Assembly: GCA_949295285.1 (NCBI GenBank)
Contig: CASFKI010000049.1
Location: 1,506-65,505, forward strand
Direction: 5' to 3'
Source: an uncultured bacterium
GTDB lineage: Bacteria > Bacillota_I > Bacilli_A > RF39 > UBA660
DNA length: 64,000 nt
Shown here: piece by piece, positions 20,700 to 30,128 of the stretch
Layout: each line of letters opens with the position of its first letter
Numbering within the stretch: the first letter of the stretch is position 1
Made by a program: the position numbers and the translations under genes
Notes under the pieces: generated by a model
What the model saw: the letters and a program-made list of their open reading frames with translations, nothing else
Databases searched by the model: none
Told to the model about the DNA's origin: nothing

Positions 20700-21318
20700 A
20701 ATATCTTCAATATATTCTTTTATATCTTTAAATGATAAAGTAGTGGATGTAGGGTGCGATCAAGCAAAATTAAGTATAATGCTTTCAAAACGAAAACAAT
20801 ATTCAATCGCTGCAGATATAAGTGAAAATGTTATTAAAAAAGCTAAAGAGGATATAAAAGACAATAAATATATAGATTTAAGGATATCAAATGGTTTAGA
20901 AAATATTAAAAACAATGAAGCTGATACATTAGTATTATCTGGTATGGGCAGTTATACAATAGTAGAAATATTAAAGAATACTAAATTAAGATTTAAAAAA
21001 ATAATTACTATATCTAATAATAAACATTATTATTTAAGAAAAAATATGTTAGATTTAAATTATATTGTTGATAAAGAGCTAATAATTAAAGAGAATAATA
21101 AATATTATAATTTAATTATATTTAAAGAAGGAAATATGCAATATAGTGAAGAAGAATTATTAATTGGATTAAATCATCAAGACAATATAATATATAGAGA
21201 ATATTTAAAATATTTATATGATAAGTATTGCATTATTAATAGTAAATCAAATTATAAAAATAAAGATGTTAATAAATATTTGAAAGTTATCAATAATAAA
21301 TTGAATAATATAGTATAA
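20692..21318 (+). CDS. trmK: tRNA (adenine22-N1)-methyltransferase TrmK (YqfN-like)
   Basis: [40 protein letters not shown] and ITISNNKH segments line up with B. subtilis TrmK as recalled. Sits after sigA, as in Bacillus. Confidence 0.75.
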   Translation: MNRISSIYSFISLNDKVVDVGCDQAKLSIMLSKRKQYSIAADISENVIKKAKEDIKDNKYIDLRISNGLENIKNNEADTLVLSGMGSYTIVEILKNTKLRFKKIITISNNKHYYLRKNMLDLNYIVDKELIIKENNKYYNLIIFKEGNMQYSEEELLIGLNHQDNIIYREYLKYLYDKYCIINSKSNYKNKDVNKYLKVINNKLNNIV

Positions 21319-21358
21319 AATTAATTTTATATAGCATACTATTTAGTGGTGATGAAGT

Positions 21359-21496
21359 ATGCTTATGAATAATAAATTTAGTAAAAAGAATAAATTATTA
21401 TATAAAATGAAATTTATTAATACTAGAAATACAGAATATAAAAATATCAATGATAAAGAATTTGGTAGAATAGAAAAATTTAGTGATAAGAAATGA
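21359..21496 (+). CDS. Possible small basic ORF (45 aa), not in the track
   Basis: MLMNNKFSKKNKLLYKMKFINTRNTEYKNINDKEFGRIEKFSDKK. It ends inside a good terminator hairpin but has only a weak RBS (ggtgatg). Confidence 0.2.
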   Translation: MLMNNKFSKKNKLLYKMKFINTRNTEYKNINDKEFGRIEKFSDKK

Positions 21497-21524
21497 CACA
21501 TTTTGAATGTGTCTTTTATTTTTT
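21495..21524 (+). terminator. Rho-independent terminator
   Basis: gacacat / atgtgtc stem, then ttttatttttt. Confidence 0.65.
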
Positions 21525-21582
21525 GTTAACATTTATTTATTTTTTTGATATAATAATTGCGAAATAGAAAGAAGGAAAAATA

Positions 21583-22761
21583 ATGAAAATATTAAGTGTT
21601 AATGCTGGTAGTTCATCATTAAAATTTACTATGTTTGAGATGCCAGAAGAAAAGGTTATTATTAGTGGTACTTTTGAAAAGATAGGATTAGAAGATAGCT
21701 TTTATTCTATTAAATATAATGGTTCAAAAGATAAGAAAGAAGCTAAAATTAAAGATCATACAGCAGCAGTTAAAATCTTATTAGATGAATTAATTAATTA
21801 TAAAGTAATTAATTCTTATGATGAAATTGATGGTGTTGGTCATAGATTAGTTCATGGTGGAGATAAATATACTGAAAGTGTATTAATTAATGATGATGTT
21901 ATTGCAACTGTTAATAAGTTAATACCATTGGCACCACTTCATAATCCAGCTAATTTAATAGGAGTAGAAAGTTTTAAAAAAGTATTAAAAAACACTCCTA
22001 TGGTTGCTGTTTTTGATACTGCATTTCATCAAACAATGGCAAAAGAACAATATTTATATGCTGTTCCATATGATTGGTATACAAATCATGGAGTAAGAAA
22101 GTATGGTTTTCATGGAACATCTCATAGATATATTAGTGCTCAAATGCATGAAATGTTAGGTAAAGATGCTAAGATAATTAGTTGTCATATTGGTAATGGT
22201 GCTTCACTTTGTGCTATTAAAGATGGTAAATGTGTTGATACTTCTATGGGATTTACTCCACTTGCAGGTGTTGTTATGGGAAGTAGAAGTGGAGATATTG
22301 ATACTGGTCTTATTCCATATGTTATGTCAGAAACTAAAGAAACTTTTGATGAAATTATGAATGATTTAAATAAAAAAAGTGGTATGTTAGCATTATCTGG
22401 TATATCTAGTGATTTAAGAGATATCGAAGAAGGATATTTAAGTAATGACCCTAGATGTAAAATGGCTATGGATATTTATTCAGATAGAATCGCAGACTAT
22501 ATTTCTATTTATAATACTGAATTACAAGGCGCTGAATATATCGTATTTACTGCAGGAGTTGGAGAAAATAGTGATCTTGTACGTAAAATGGTTATTGATA
22601 AATTTGCATATTTAAGTGTTAAATTGGATGAAGAGAAAAATAGTACAAGAGGAATTACTGGTATTATAAGTACAGAAGATTCTTCTATTAAAGTTGTAGT
22701 TATGCCTACTGATGAAGAATTAATGATAGCAAGAGATACATATCAATTGATACAAAAATAG
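21583..22761 (+). CDS. ackA: Acetate kinase
   Basis: ILSVNAGSSSLKF N-terminus, GFHGTSH, and full-length 392 aa. Confidence 0.95.
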   Translation: MKILSVNAGSSSLKFTMFEMPEEKVIISGTFEKIGLEDSFYSIKYNGSKDKKEAKIKDHTAAVKILLDELINYKVINSYDEIDGVGHRLVHGGDKYTESVLINDDVIATVNKLIPLAPLHNPANLIGVESFKKVLKNTPMVAVFDTAFHQTMAKEQYLYAVPYDWYTNHGVRKYGFHGTSHRYISAQMHEMLGKDAKIISCHIGNGASLCAIKDGKCVDTSMGFTPLAGVVMGSRSGDIDTGLIPYVMSETKETFDEIMNDLNKKSGMLALSGISSDLRDIEEGYLSNDPRCKMAMDIYSDRIADYISIYNTELQGAEYIVFTAGVGENSDLVRKMVIDKFAYLSVKLDEEKNSTRGITGIISTEDSSIKVVVMPTDEELMIARDTYQLIQK

Positions 22762-22776
22762 AAAGAGTTTTTAAAA

Positions 22777-23736
22777 ATGAATAATATTTATAAAACTATA
22801 TATAATGAAATTAAAAAATATAAAAAAATATATATAGCTAGACACATAGGAGCTGATCCTGATGCTTATGGAAGTCAAATAGGTCTTAAAGAATCTATTA
22901 AATGTACATTTCCAAAAAAAGAAGTTTATGCGCTTGGTAGTGGTGTTTCAAGATTTAAATTCATGGGTAAACTTGATAAGATAACAAATATTGATTATGA
23001 AAATTCCCTTTTAATAGTAGTAGATACTCCTGATAAAAAAAGAGTTGATATTGAAAATTTTGAACAATTTAAAAATGTTATTAAAATAGATCATCATCCT
23101 AAGGTAGATACTTTTGGAATATGTGAATATATTTGTGAAAATGCAAGTTCTGCATCAGAATTAGTTCTTAAATTAATAGAAAATACAAAACTAAAAAATA
23201 ATAATGAAATAGCTAGTATATTATTTGCGGGAATAGTTAGCGATACCAATAGATTTTTATTTAATACAACTAGCGAAACATTTATATTAGTTAGTAATTT
23301 AATTAAAAAATACAAATTAAATATAGAAAAAATATATAAAGATGTATATTGTAAGCCTTTGAGCGAAGTAAGACTTATGGGTCACATAGCAACAACATTA
23401 AAAGTAGATAAATATGGTTTTGCATATATTGAGCTTGATGATGATATATTAAATACTTTAGGTGTTGATAATAGTGCACCATCTAATATGATAAATGATT
23501 TTAATAACATAAAAGAGATATTAGTGTGGGCATTTATTACAAGAGATGAAAAAAATAATTTATATAGAGTAAATATAAGAAGTAGAGGTCCTATTATAAA
23601 TGAAATAGCTGCTAGACACAATGGTGGTGGTCATAAGTTTGCAAGTGGTGTTAGAACATCATCAAGAGAAGATATAGATAATTTATTAAAAGAATTATCT
23701 AGTGCTTGTATGGAATTTAAAAAAGAAAGTGAGTGA
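22777..23736 (+). CDS. nrnA: DHH/DHHA1 phosphoesterase, NrnA-like oligoribonuclease / pAp phosphatase
   Basis: HIGADPDAYGS, IKIDHHP (DHH) and GGGHKFASG (DHHA1) motifs, 319 aa. Confidence 0.75.
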   Translation: MNNIYKTIYNEIKKYKKIYIARHIGADPDAYGSQIGLKESIKCTFPKKEVYALGSGVSRFKFMGKLDKITNIDYENSLLIVVDTPDKKRVDIENFEQFKNVIKIDHHPKVDTFGICEYICENASSASELVLKLIENTKLKNNNEIASILFAGIVSDTNRFLFNTTSETFILVSNLIKKYKLNIEKIYKDVYCKPLSEVRLMGHIATTLKVDKYGFAYIELDDDILNTLGVDNSAPSNMINDFNNIKEILVWAFITRDEKNNLYRVNIRSRGPIINEIAARHNGGGHKFASGVRTSSREDIDNLLKELSSACMEFKKESE

Positions 23737-24323
23737 TATTAGTGGAAGTAATTAGTGTTAATGATCCTATTACTGCTGTTAGATTGTCTCAATATCCAAA
23801 AGATAAAAAAAGTGAAATATTAATTCTTGGTAGGAGTAATGTTGGTAAAAGTAGTTTTATAAATACAATTATAAACAGAAAAAATTTTGCTAAAACAAGT
23901 GCTAAACCAGGAAAAACACAAACATTAAACTTTTATTTAATTAATGATACTTTTTATATTGTAGATGTTCCAGGGTATGGCTATGCCGCTGTAAGTAAAG
24001 CACAAATTAAAAAATTTGGTGTTATGATTGAAGAGTATTTAAAACAAAGACAGTATTTAAAACATATATTTTTGCTTATAGATTATAGACATAAGCCAAC
24101 TGAAGATGATATTATGATGTATAAATTTTTAAAATATTATAATTTACCAGTTACAATAATTTGTACTAAATATGATAAAGTAAATAGATCACTTCGTGCT
24201 AAACAAGATGATTTAATTAAAAAAATAATTTCTCCTGCTTTAGGGGATGAAATAGTTAATTTTTCTAGCGTAACAAAATTTGGTAAAGATAGAGTTTATG
24301 AAATAATTGAAAAAGTTATATAA
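23733..24323 (+). CDS. engB: Ribosome biogenesis GTPase EngB/YsxC
   Basis: GRSNVGKSSFIN (G1), DVPGYG (G3), TKYDK (G4). Confidence 0.85.
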   Translation: MILVEVISVNDPITAVRLSQYPKDKKSEILILGRSNVGKSSFINTIINRKNFAKTSAKPGKTQTLNFYLINDTFYIVDVPGYGYAAVSKAQIKKFGVMIEEYLKQRQYLKHIFLLIDYRHKPTEDDIMMYKFLKYYNLPVTIICTKYDKVNRSLRAKQDDLIKKIISPALGDEIVNFSSVTKFGKDRVYEIIEKVI

Positions 24324-24331
24324 AAAATATC

Positions 24332-24360
24332 TTGAAAAAAAAATACTAATTTTATATAAT
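24332..24360 (+). promoter_or_regulatory. Sigma-A promoter of the orphan prepilin gene
   Basis: TTGAAA (24332-24337), a 17-nt spacer, then TATAAT (24355-24360). Confidence 0.55.
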
Positions 24361-24384
24361 TAATATAGAATAGAGGTTGAAGAT

Positions 24385-25098
24385 ATGAATAAAAAAGGAT
24401 TTACATTGATTGAATTGTTAGTAGTAATCGCAATTATAAGTATTTTAAGTTTACTTGTAGTTCCAAATATTATTAATATTAATAGAAATGTCGATAAGAG
24501 ATTATATGCGCAAAAAGTAGAGTACATTATATCTTCAGCTGAGTTATATGCAAGTAATAATCCCGAAATATTTAATGGTTCTGATGTTGTAGAAATTCCT
24601 GTGTATACTCTTATTGAGGCAGGTTATTTAAATCCTGATGAAGGAGTAGATTGTGATAGGAGTAAATATCCAGATGGTTGTATAGTTAACCCTGAAAATA
24701 ATAATTTACTAAATGAAGAAACAGTAACTGTTACTAAAAAATCTGTTGGTATAGTCGGTGAATTTAATGGTACGCTCGATGAATCATCTATTTCTTCAAG
24801 TGAAGAATTAGTAAAAAAAGTATGCGCTGGATTTGGAAAATCATTCGATGGAAAATTTGGAACTGGTGAAAAAGATACGTGTGAATGCATTATAGAAAAT
24901 AATGGTAATGTTAAATTAGTAAAGAGTAATACAAATGAGAGTGTGGACTATTGTATAATTGTTAGTAATAAGCCATCTGGTGAAGTAAATAACTGGTTAA
25001 AATATGGCTCTAATGAAGCAAATTGGCGAGTTGTTGGTCTTTATAATATTGATGGCAAAGTAAGTGCTAAAATGATTACTAGTGGAGTAGTAAAATAA
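24385..25098 (+). CDS. Prepilin-type N-terminal cleavage/methylation domain protein (ComGC-like pseudopilin, enlarged to 237 aa)
   Basis: MNKKGFTLIELLVVIAIISILSLLVVPN is a canonical class III signal (G|FTLIE). A ComGC-like motif follows: YTLIEAGYLNPDEGVDC. Confidence 0.75.
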   Translation: MNKKGFTLIELLVVIAIISILSLLVVPNIININRNVDKRLYAQKVEYIISSAELYASNNPEIFNGSDVVEIPVYTLIEAGYLNPDEGVDCDRSKYPDGCIVNPENNNLLNEETVTVTKKSVGIVGEFNGTLDESSISSSEELVKKVCAGFGKSFDGKFGTGEKDTCECIIENNGNVKLVKSNTNESVDYCIIVSNKPSGEVNNWLKYGSNEANWRVVGLYNIDGKVSAKMITSGVVK

Positions 25099-25127
25099 AC
25101 TTTTCAGAAATGAAAAGTTTTTGTTTT
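25099..25127 (+). terminator. Rho-independent terminator after the prepilin gene
   Basis: acttttca / tgaaaagt stem with a gaaa loop, then ttttgtttt. Confidence 0.7.
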
Positions 25128-25187
25128 AAATAATCTTAAAGATTGTTTTTTTATGTTAATAAATGTATAATTTTATTAGGAGTATTT

Positions 25188-25952
25188 ATGAAAGATTATT
25201 TTAAATATAGATTTTCAACTGATTTTGAATTCAATTTAAGTGAAAAAGATTTTACTACAATAATTGGAAATAATAATGAATTAATTATTTTCACTCTTTT
25301 AAATGGTCATAAAAAATGTAATATTTTTGTGGGAGATTTAGAACTTAATAGTATAACCAAATATGATGTATATAAAAAAATGAGCATGGTCATTTATAGA
25401 TATTTAAATATTTTTGTAGCAGAGACTGTTATTGATGAAATTGCATTTGGTTTAGAAAGTCTTGCTATGAGTAGAGATGATATTATTAATTTAATTGTTA
25501 GTGAAAGTAGATTATTTAAAATAGAAGACATTTTAGAAAGAGATCCAAATAGTCTTGGTATTAGTGATAAAGTTAAAGTAAAAATATTATCAGCATTAAT
25601 AGTAAAACCTAAAATATTAATATTAGATAATGTTATGTGTGAGCTAGACTATAATGATAAATTATTATTATTTAATATATTAAATGAATTTACTAAAAAT
25701 GGTGGAATAGTTATTAATTTAACGAGTGATGTAGAAGAAACAATATATGGAAATAAAATAATAGTTATTAATGATAAAAAAATATTATGTGAAGATAAAA
25801 CTATGAAAGTATTAAATGAAGAAAAATTGCTTAAGAGAATTGGCGTAGGCCTTCCTTTTATGATTGAACTTAGCAAATATTTAATGGATTATGAAATTAT
25901 CGATAAATATTTTCTAGAACCTGATAAGTTAGTAGGTGGAATATGGAAATAA
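25188..25952 (+). CDS. ecfA1: ECF-transporter ATPase paralog EcfA with degenerate Walker A, signature and Walker B motifs
   Basis: ATG 25188 follows taggag. The ABC fold is recognisable (TVIDEIAFGLESLAMSRDDI, KPKILILDN). Walker A is replaced by IIGNNNELIIF, and LSGGQ is replaced by LGISD. Position upstream of ecfA'-ecfT-truA. Confidence 0.65.
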   Translation: MKDYFKYRFSTDFEFNLSEKDFTTIIGNNNELIIFTLLNGHKKCNIFVGDLELNSITKYDVYKKMSMVIYRYLNIFVAETVIDEIAFGLESLAMSRDDIINLIVSESRLFKIEDILERDPNSLGISDKVKVKILSALIVKPKILILDNVMCELDYNDKLLLFNILNEFTKNGGIVINLTSDVEETIYGNKIIVINDKKILCEDKTMKVLNEEKLLKRIGVGLPFMIELSKYLMDYEIIDKYFLEPDKLVGGIWK

Positions 25953-26779
25953 AATTTAATAATGTTAGTTTTGTTATGGATAGCAATACACCTCTTGAAA
26001 AAACTATTTTAGATAATATATCTTTTGAAATAAAAGAAGAAGGTGTTTATTCATTTGTTGGTGCTTCTAATAGTGGAAAAACAGCAATTGGTGATTTAAT
26101 GCAATTTTTAATAGAACCTACAAGAGGTTTTGTTCAAATTGGAAAATACATAAATGATGGAAGTAATCAAAGAAATATTAATAATCTTAGATTAAATGTT
26201 GGATATGTATTTAAAAATCCATATGATATGTTTATGAATAAAACAATAGATTATGAACTTAAATTTTCACTAAAAAGATGTAGAAATAAAAAAAATATTT
26301 TAAAAGTAGATAATGTACTAGAGTTAGTTGAATTTAATAAAGAATATTTAAATTTAGATCCACAAATATTAACTATAAGCGATGCTAAAAAACTAGCTCT
26401 TGCATGTACTTTAATATCTAATCCAGATATTATTATATTAGATGAATATACTTGTGGAATAAACAATAAAGATAAAAAAGATTTAGAAAGAATTATAAGA
26501 TTACTTAAAAATAAATATAAAAAAACTATTATATTTTTAACTAAAGATACCAATTTCGCATATCAAATAAGTGATAAAGTGTTTATCATGTATTTAACTA
26601 AAATAATTTCTTCTTCTGATAAAACAATACTTCAAGATGAAAAATTATTAACATCTTGTAATTTGGAGATTCCTAAAATAGTTAAATTTATAAATGAGTG
26701 TAATAATAAAGGACATGATATATATCAATATACAAATATTCTTGATTTAATTAAGGGGGTATATAGAGATGTATTCTAG
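25943..26779 (+). CDS. ecfA2: ECF-transporter ATPase paralog EcfA' with partly degenerate motifs
   Basis: Walker A GASNSGKT and Walker B IIILDEY are present. The Q-loop reads VFKNP, the signature reads LTISDAK, and the H-loop reads FLTKD. Confidence 0.7.
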   Translation: MEIKFNNVSFVMDSNTPLEKTILDNISFEIKEEGVYSFVGASNSGKTAIGDLMQFLIEPTRGFVQIGKYINDGSNQRNINNLRLNVGYVFKNPYDMFMNKTIDYELKFSLKRCRNKKNILKVDNVLELVEFNKEYLNLDPQILTISDAKKLALACTLISNPDIIILDEYTCGINNKDKKDLERIIRLLKNKYKKTIIFLTKDTNFAYQISDKVFIMYLTKIISSSDKTILQDEKLLTSCNLEIPKIVKFINECNNKGHDIYQYTNILDLIKGVYRDVF

Positions 26780-27524
26780 AAATTCATTTGGATCATATTA
26801 CCCAGTAAACTCACTAGTGCATAAATTAAATCCAATTATTAAATTTATTAATTTCATAATTATTATAATTGTTAGTATTTTAAGTGATTCTATTTATATT
26901 AATAGTTTTATATTGATATTAGTAATGATATTAATGTTATTAAGCTATGTTCCATTTAAATATTACACAGATACTTTATGGATACTTAGATACTTATATT
27001 TATTTATAGTATTTGTATGCGCATATTTTAATACTACACTACAAGAGTGCATTATGTATTTAATTAAAATTACAAATATAATAGAATATTTACATATAAT
27101 AGCTTATACTACTAGTCCTAGTGAAAGTGCATATGGAATAGAAAAAATATTATCATCAATTAATATACTAGGACTTCCTATATCTAATATTGCATTTAAA
27201 TTAAATTCAATGTTAAGATATTTGCCTCTTAATTTATCAGTAGAAAATAAATTATTAAAAACTATTTCTTCAAGAGGAATGGATTATTATTACAATAATA
27301 TATTAGGAAAGATATGGATATCAATAAGTATTTATTTTAAGAAAAGAAGACTTTTAAAATTGAAAAATAAACAAATAAAAAATGCTTATAAACTTAGATT
27401 GTTTAATCTAAAAAAATATAGAACTAATTATAGAACAAACAAAGTGGGTTTTTATGATATTTTTTTCTTATTATTTCATATTATAATGATACTTCTATAT
27501 TTAAAGGATAAAGGTGTAATATGA
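26769..27524 (+). CDS. ecfT: ECF-transporter transmembrane component EcfT
   Basis: N-terminus GSYYPVNSLVHKLNPIIKF (EcfT-like Y-P-x-x-S-x-x-H-x-L-x-P). Multi-TM, with ISSRGMD coupling-helix-like motif. Sits between ecfA' and truA. Confidence 0.7.
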   Translation: MYSRNSFGSYYPVNSLVHKLNPIIKFINFIIIIIVSILSDSIYINSFILILVMILMLLSYVPFKYYTDTLWILRYLYLFIVFVCAYFNTTLQECIMYLIKITNIIEYLHIIAYTTSPSESAYGIEKILSSINILGLPISNIAFKLNSMLRYLPLNLSVENKLLKTISSRGMDYYYNNILGKIWISISIYFKKRRLLKLKNKQIKNAYKLRLFNLKKYRTNYRTNKVGFYDIFFLLFHIIMILLYLKDKGVI

Positions 27525-28252
27525 GATATTTAATTAATATGAGCTATGATGGAAGTAAGTTTTATGGATATCAAATTCAAGATGATAAAATAACTGTTGA
27601 ATCAGAAATAGAAAGAGTATTATCTAAAATATTAAATACTAATATAAACACTAAATCATCATCAAGAACGGATAGGGGTGTTCATGCTTTAAACCAGTAT
27701 TGTCATTTTGATTATTATGATGATATAAATGTAAATAAGTTATGTCATAGTATGAATTCATTAATAAATAAAAGCATATATATAGGAAGTATAAAAAAAG
27801 TAAGTGATGATTTTCATGCAAGATATAGTGTATTAAAAAAAGAATATATTTATAAAGTCAATATTGGAGAATATAATCCTATAGAAAAAGATTATGTATT
27901 GCAGTATAATAAAAATATAAATGAAGAATTATTAAAAGAGTTTACTTCAAAAATAAGTGGTAATCATAATTTTAAGAGTTTTACTTCAGATAAAAACAAA
28001 GAAAATTATCAAAGAAATATAACTGTTGAATATAAAATAGAAAACAATATAGTTTATTTAAAATTTATATCTAGTGGATTTTTAAGATATATGATTAGAA
28101 ACATAATAGGATTATTGCTTGATATAAATGATAAGAAAAAAAATATAAATGATATAGACACAATATTTAATATGGAAGATAGAAGTTCATGTGGTAGATG
28201 TGCTAGTGGATGTGGATTATATTTAAACAATATTTATTTTAAAGGACATTAG
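27521..28252 (+). CDS. truA: tRNA pseudouridine(38-40) synthase TruA
   Basis: YDGSKFYGYQIQ and the catalytic SSRTDRGVHA motif. Confidence 0.85.
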   Translation: MRYLINMSYDGSKFYGYQIQDDKITVESEIERVLSKILNTNINTKSSSRTDRGVHALNQYCHFDYYDDINVNKLCHSMNSLINKSIYIGSIKKVSDDFHARYSVLKKEYIYKVNIGEYNPIEKDYVLQYNKNINEELLKEFTSKISGNHNFKSFTSDKNKENYQRNITVEYKIENNIVYLKFISSGFLRYMIRNIIGLLLDINDKKKNINDIDTIFNMEDRSSCGRCASGCGLYLNNIYFKGH

Positions 28253-28272
28253 TTTAATTACTAATGTTTTTT
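28247..28272 (+). terminator. Terminator overlapping the truA stop
   Basis: cattagt / actaatg stem with a 6-nt loop, then tttttt. Confidence 0.55.
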
Positions 28273-28356
28273 ATATAATAAAATAAAATAAGTACTTTAT
28301 TTTTTAAAAACATTTTGATACAATAATTTATAGAATAGAAAGGTATTGATTTTGAT

Positions 28357-30114
28357 ATGTTAGGACAAATATTAGCAATTAGTAAAAATGATTGTGTTGT
28401 TAAATTAGATAAATTAGTAGCAAATATATCTGATTTAATTAATATTCATGTGATATTTGAAGATAATAATAAAAAAATATTAGGTGAAGTCGATAGCATT
28501 GAAAATAATACTGTTAGGATTACTTTTTTAGGTGAAATTGTTGGTAATGATTTTATAGGTGGTTTAATTAAAAAACCAAGTTTAGATGCTAGAGTAAGAA
28601 TAATTAACACTGATGAGTTAAAGATATTAACGGGAGTTGAAAATGAAAGTATTAATTTAGGAGTATCTCCTTTATATGATAATTATCCATTAAATGTTAA
28701 ATTAGATGACTTATTTTCCAATCATACTGCTATTTTTGGCAATACTGGTAGTGGCAAAACTAATGGTGTTTCTAGAATAATTCAAAACATATTTCCTAAC
28801 TCAAAAATTATTCCTTATAAAGCTAATTTATTTATATTTGATAATTATGGTGAATATATTAATGCTTTTAAAGATATATCTATAAATAATGAATATTATC
28901 AATTTAAAGTTATAACTACAAATATGAAAAAAGATTATGAAAAACTAAATATACCAGTATGTTTATTAGAATTAGAAGATTTATTAAATTTATTTGATGC
29001 TACTTCTTATTCTCAAATATCTATGCTAGAAACAACACTAGTTTATGTAAAAATGTTTGCAAGAAATGATAATGAGTCAAGAGAATTTAAAAATCACATA
29101 TTAGCAAAAGCAATCATATCAATATTATATACAAACCAAACTTCTTCTAGAATAAGAGATGAAATATTTGAAATATTAGAAGAAACTAACACAAATGAAA
29201 TATCATTAGATGTAGAAGTTCCTGGGATTGGATTTACAAGAAAATTTAGAAATTGTTTTGATATAGATAGTGAAGGTAGGTTTGCTGAAAATAAAATAAT
29301 CATTGATTATTTAAAAAAATATATCAATGATGATAGAGCATGGAATTATGATGCGAGTAATGTATATTATTCATTACATGATTTAGAAGTTTCTCTTAAT
29401 TTTACTTTGTATAGTGAAAGATATTTATTAAATGAAGCTATGTATGATAGTGCAATGAGTTTAAAAGTAAAATTACATGATTTGGTACATAGAAATTATG
29501 GACAGTTTTTTTCAAGTGATTCATACATAACTGTTGAAGAATATATTAAAAGATTACAAATAAAAAGAAATAAAAAATGTCAAATAGTTAATTTTAATTT
29601 AGAAGATGTAGATGATAAATTTGCACGTAGCATAGTTAAGATATTTTCACGTATGTTTATGAAATTTACAAAAGGATTAGAAAATAGAGCTTCTTTTCCA
29701 ATACATATAATATTGGAAGAAGCACATAGATATATAGTTGAAAAGGATGATAAAGAATTAATTGGTTATAATATATTTGAGAGAATAGCAAAAGAAGGAA
29801 GAAAATATGGACTTATATTATGTATAATAACTCAAAGACCAACTGATTTGAATGAAAATGTTATAAGTCAATGTTCAAACTTTTTAATATTTAAGATAAA
29901 TCATCCTGCTGATTTAGATTTTATATATAAGAGTGTACCAAATATGAGCGAAGATATTATAGAAAAACAAAAGACATTGCAACCAGGAACATGTGTTGCA
30001 TTTGGTAAATTATTTAAAATACCTATGATAGTTAAAATGGAAAAAGCATCACCAGCGCCTACAAGTGATAATTGTAAAATATATAATAATTGGATGGTAA
30101 GATTAAAAGAATAA
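28357..30114 (+). CDS. HerA/DUF87-like (FtsK-HerA superfamily) P-loop ATPase
   Basis: N-terminal barrel-like region. Walker A FGNTGSGKTNG, Walker B IHIILEEAHRYI, and GRKYGLILCIITQRPTDLNENVISQCSNFLIFK, which is typical of HerA-type ATPases. Confidence 0.7.
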   Translation: MLGQILAISKNDCVVKLDKLVANISDLINIHVIFEDNNKKILGEVDSIENNTVRITFLGEIVGNDFIGGLIKKPSLDARVRIINTDELKILTGVENESINLGVSPLYDNYPLNVKLDDLFSNHTAIFGNTGSGKTNGVSRIIQNIFPNSKIIPYKANLFIFDNYGEYINAFKDISINNEYYQFKVITTNMKKDYEKLNIPVCLLELEDLLNLFDATSYSQISMLETTLVYVKMFARNDNESREFKNHILAKAIISILYTNQTSSRIRDEIFEILEETNTNEISLDVEVPGIGFTRKFRNCFDIDSEGRFAENKIIIDYLKKYINDDRAWNYDASNVYYSLHDLEVSLNFTLYSERYLLNEAMYDSAMSLKVKLHDLVHRNYGQFFSSDSYITVEEYIKRLQIKRNKKCQIVNFNLEDVDDKFARSIVKIFSRMFMKFTKGLENRASFPIHIILEEAHRYIVEKDDKELIGYNIFERIAKEGRKYGLILCIITQRPTDLNENVISQCSNFLIFKINHPADLDFIYKSVPNMSEDIIEKQKTLQPGTCVAFGKLFKIPMIVKMEKASPAPTSDNCKIYNNWMVRLKE

Positions 30115-30128
30115 AAGGAGGTAATACC

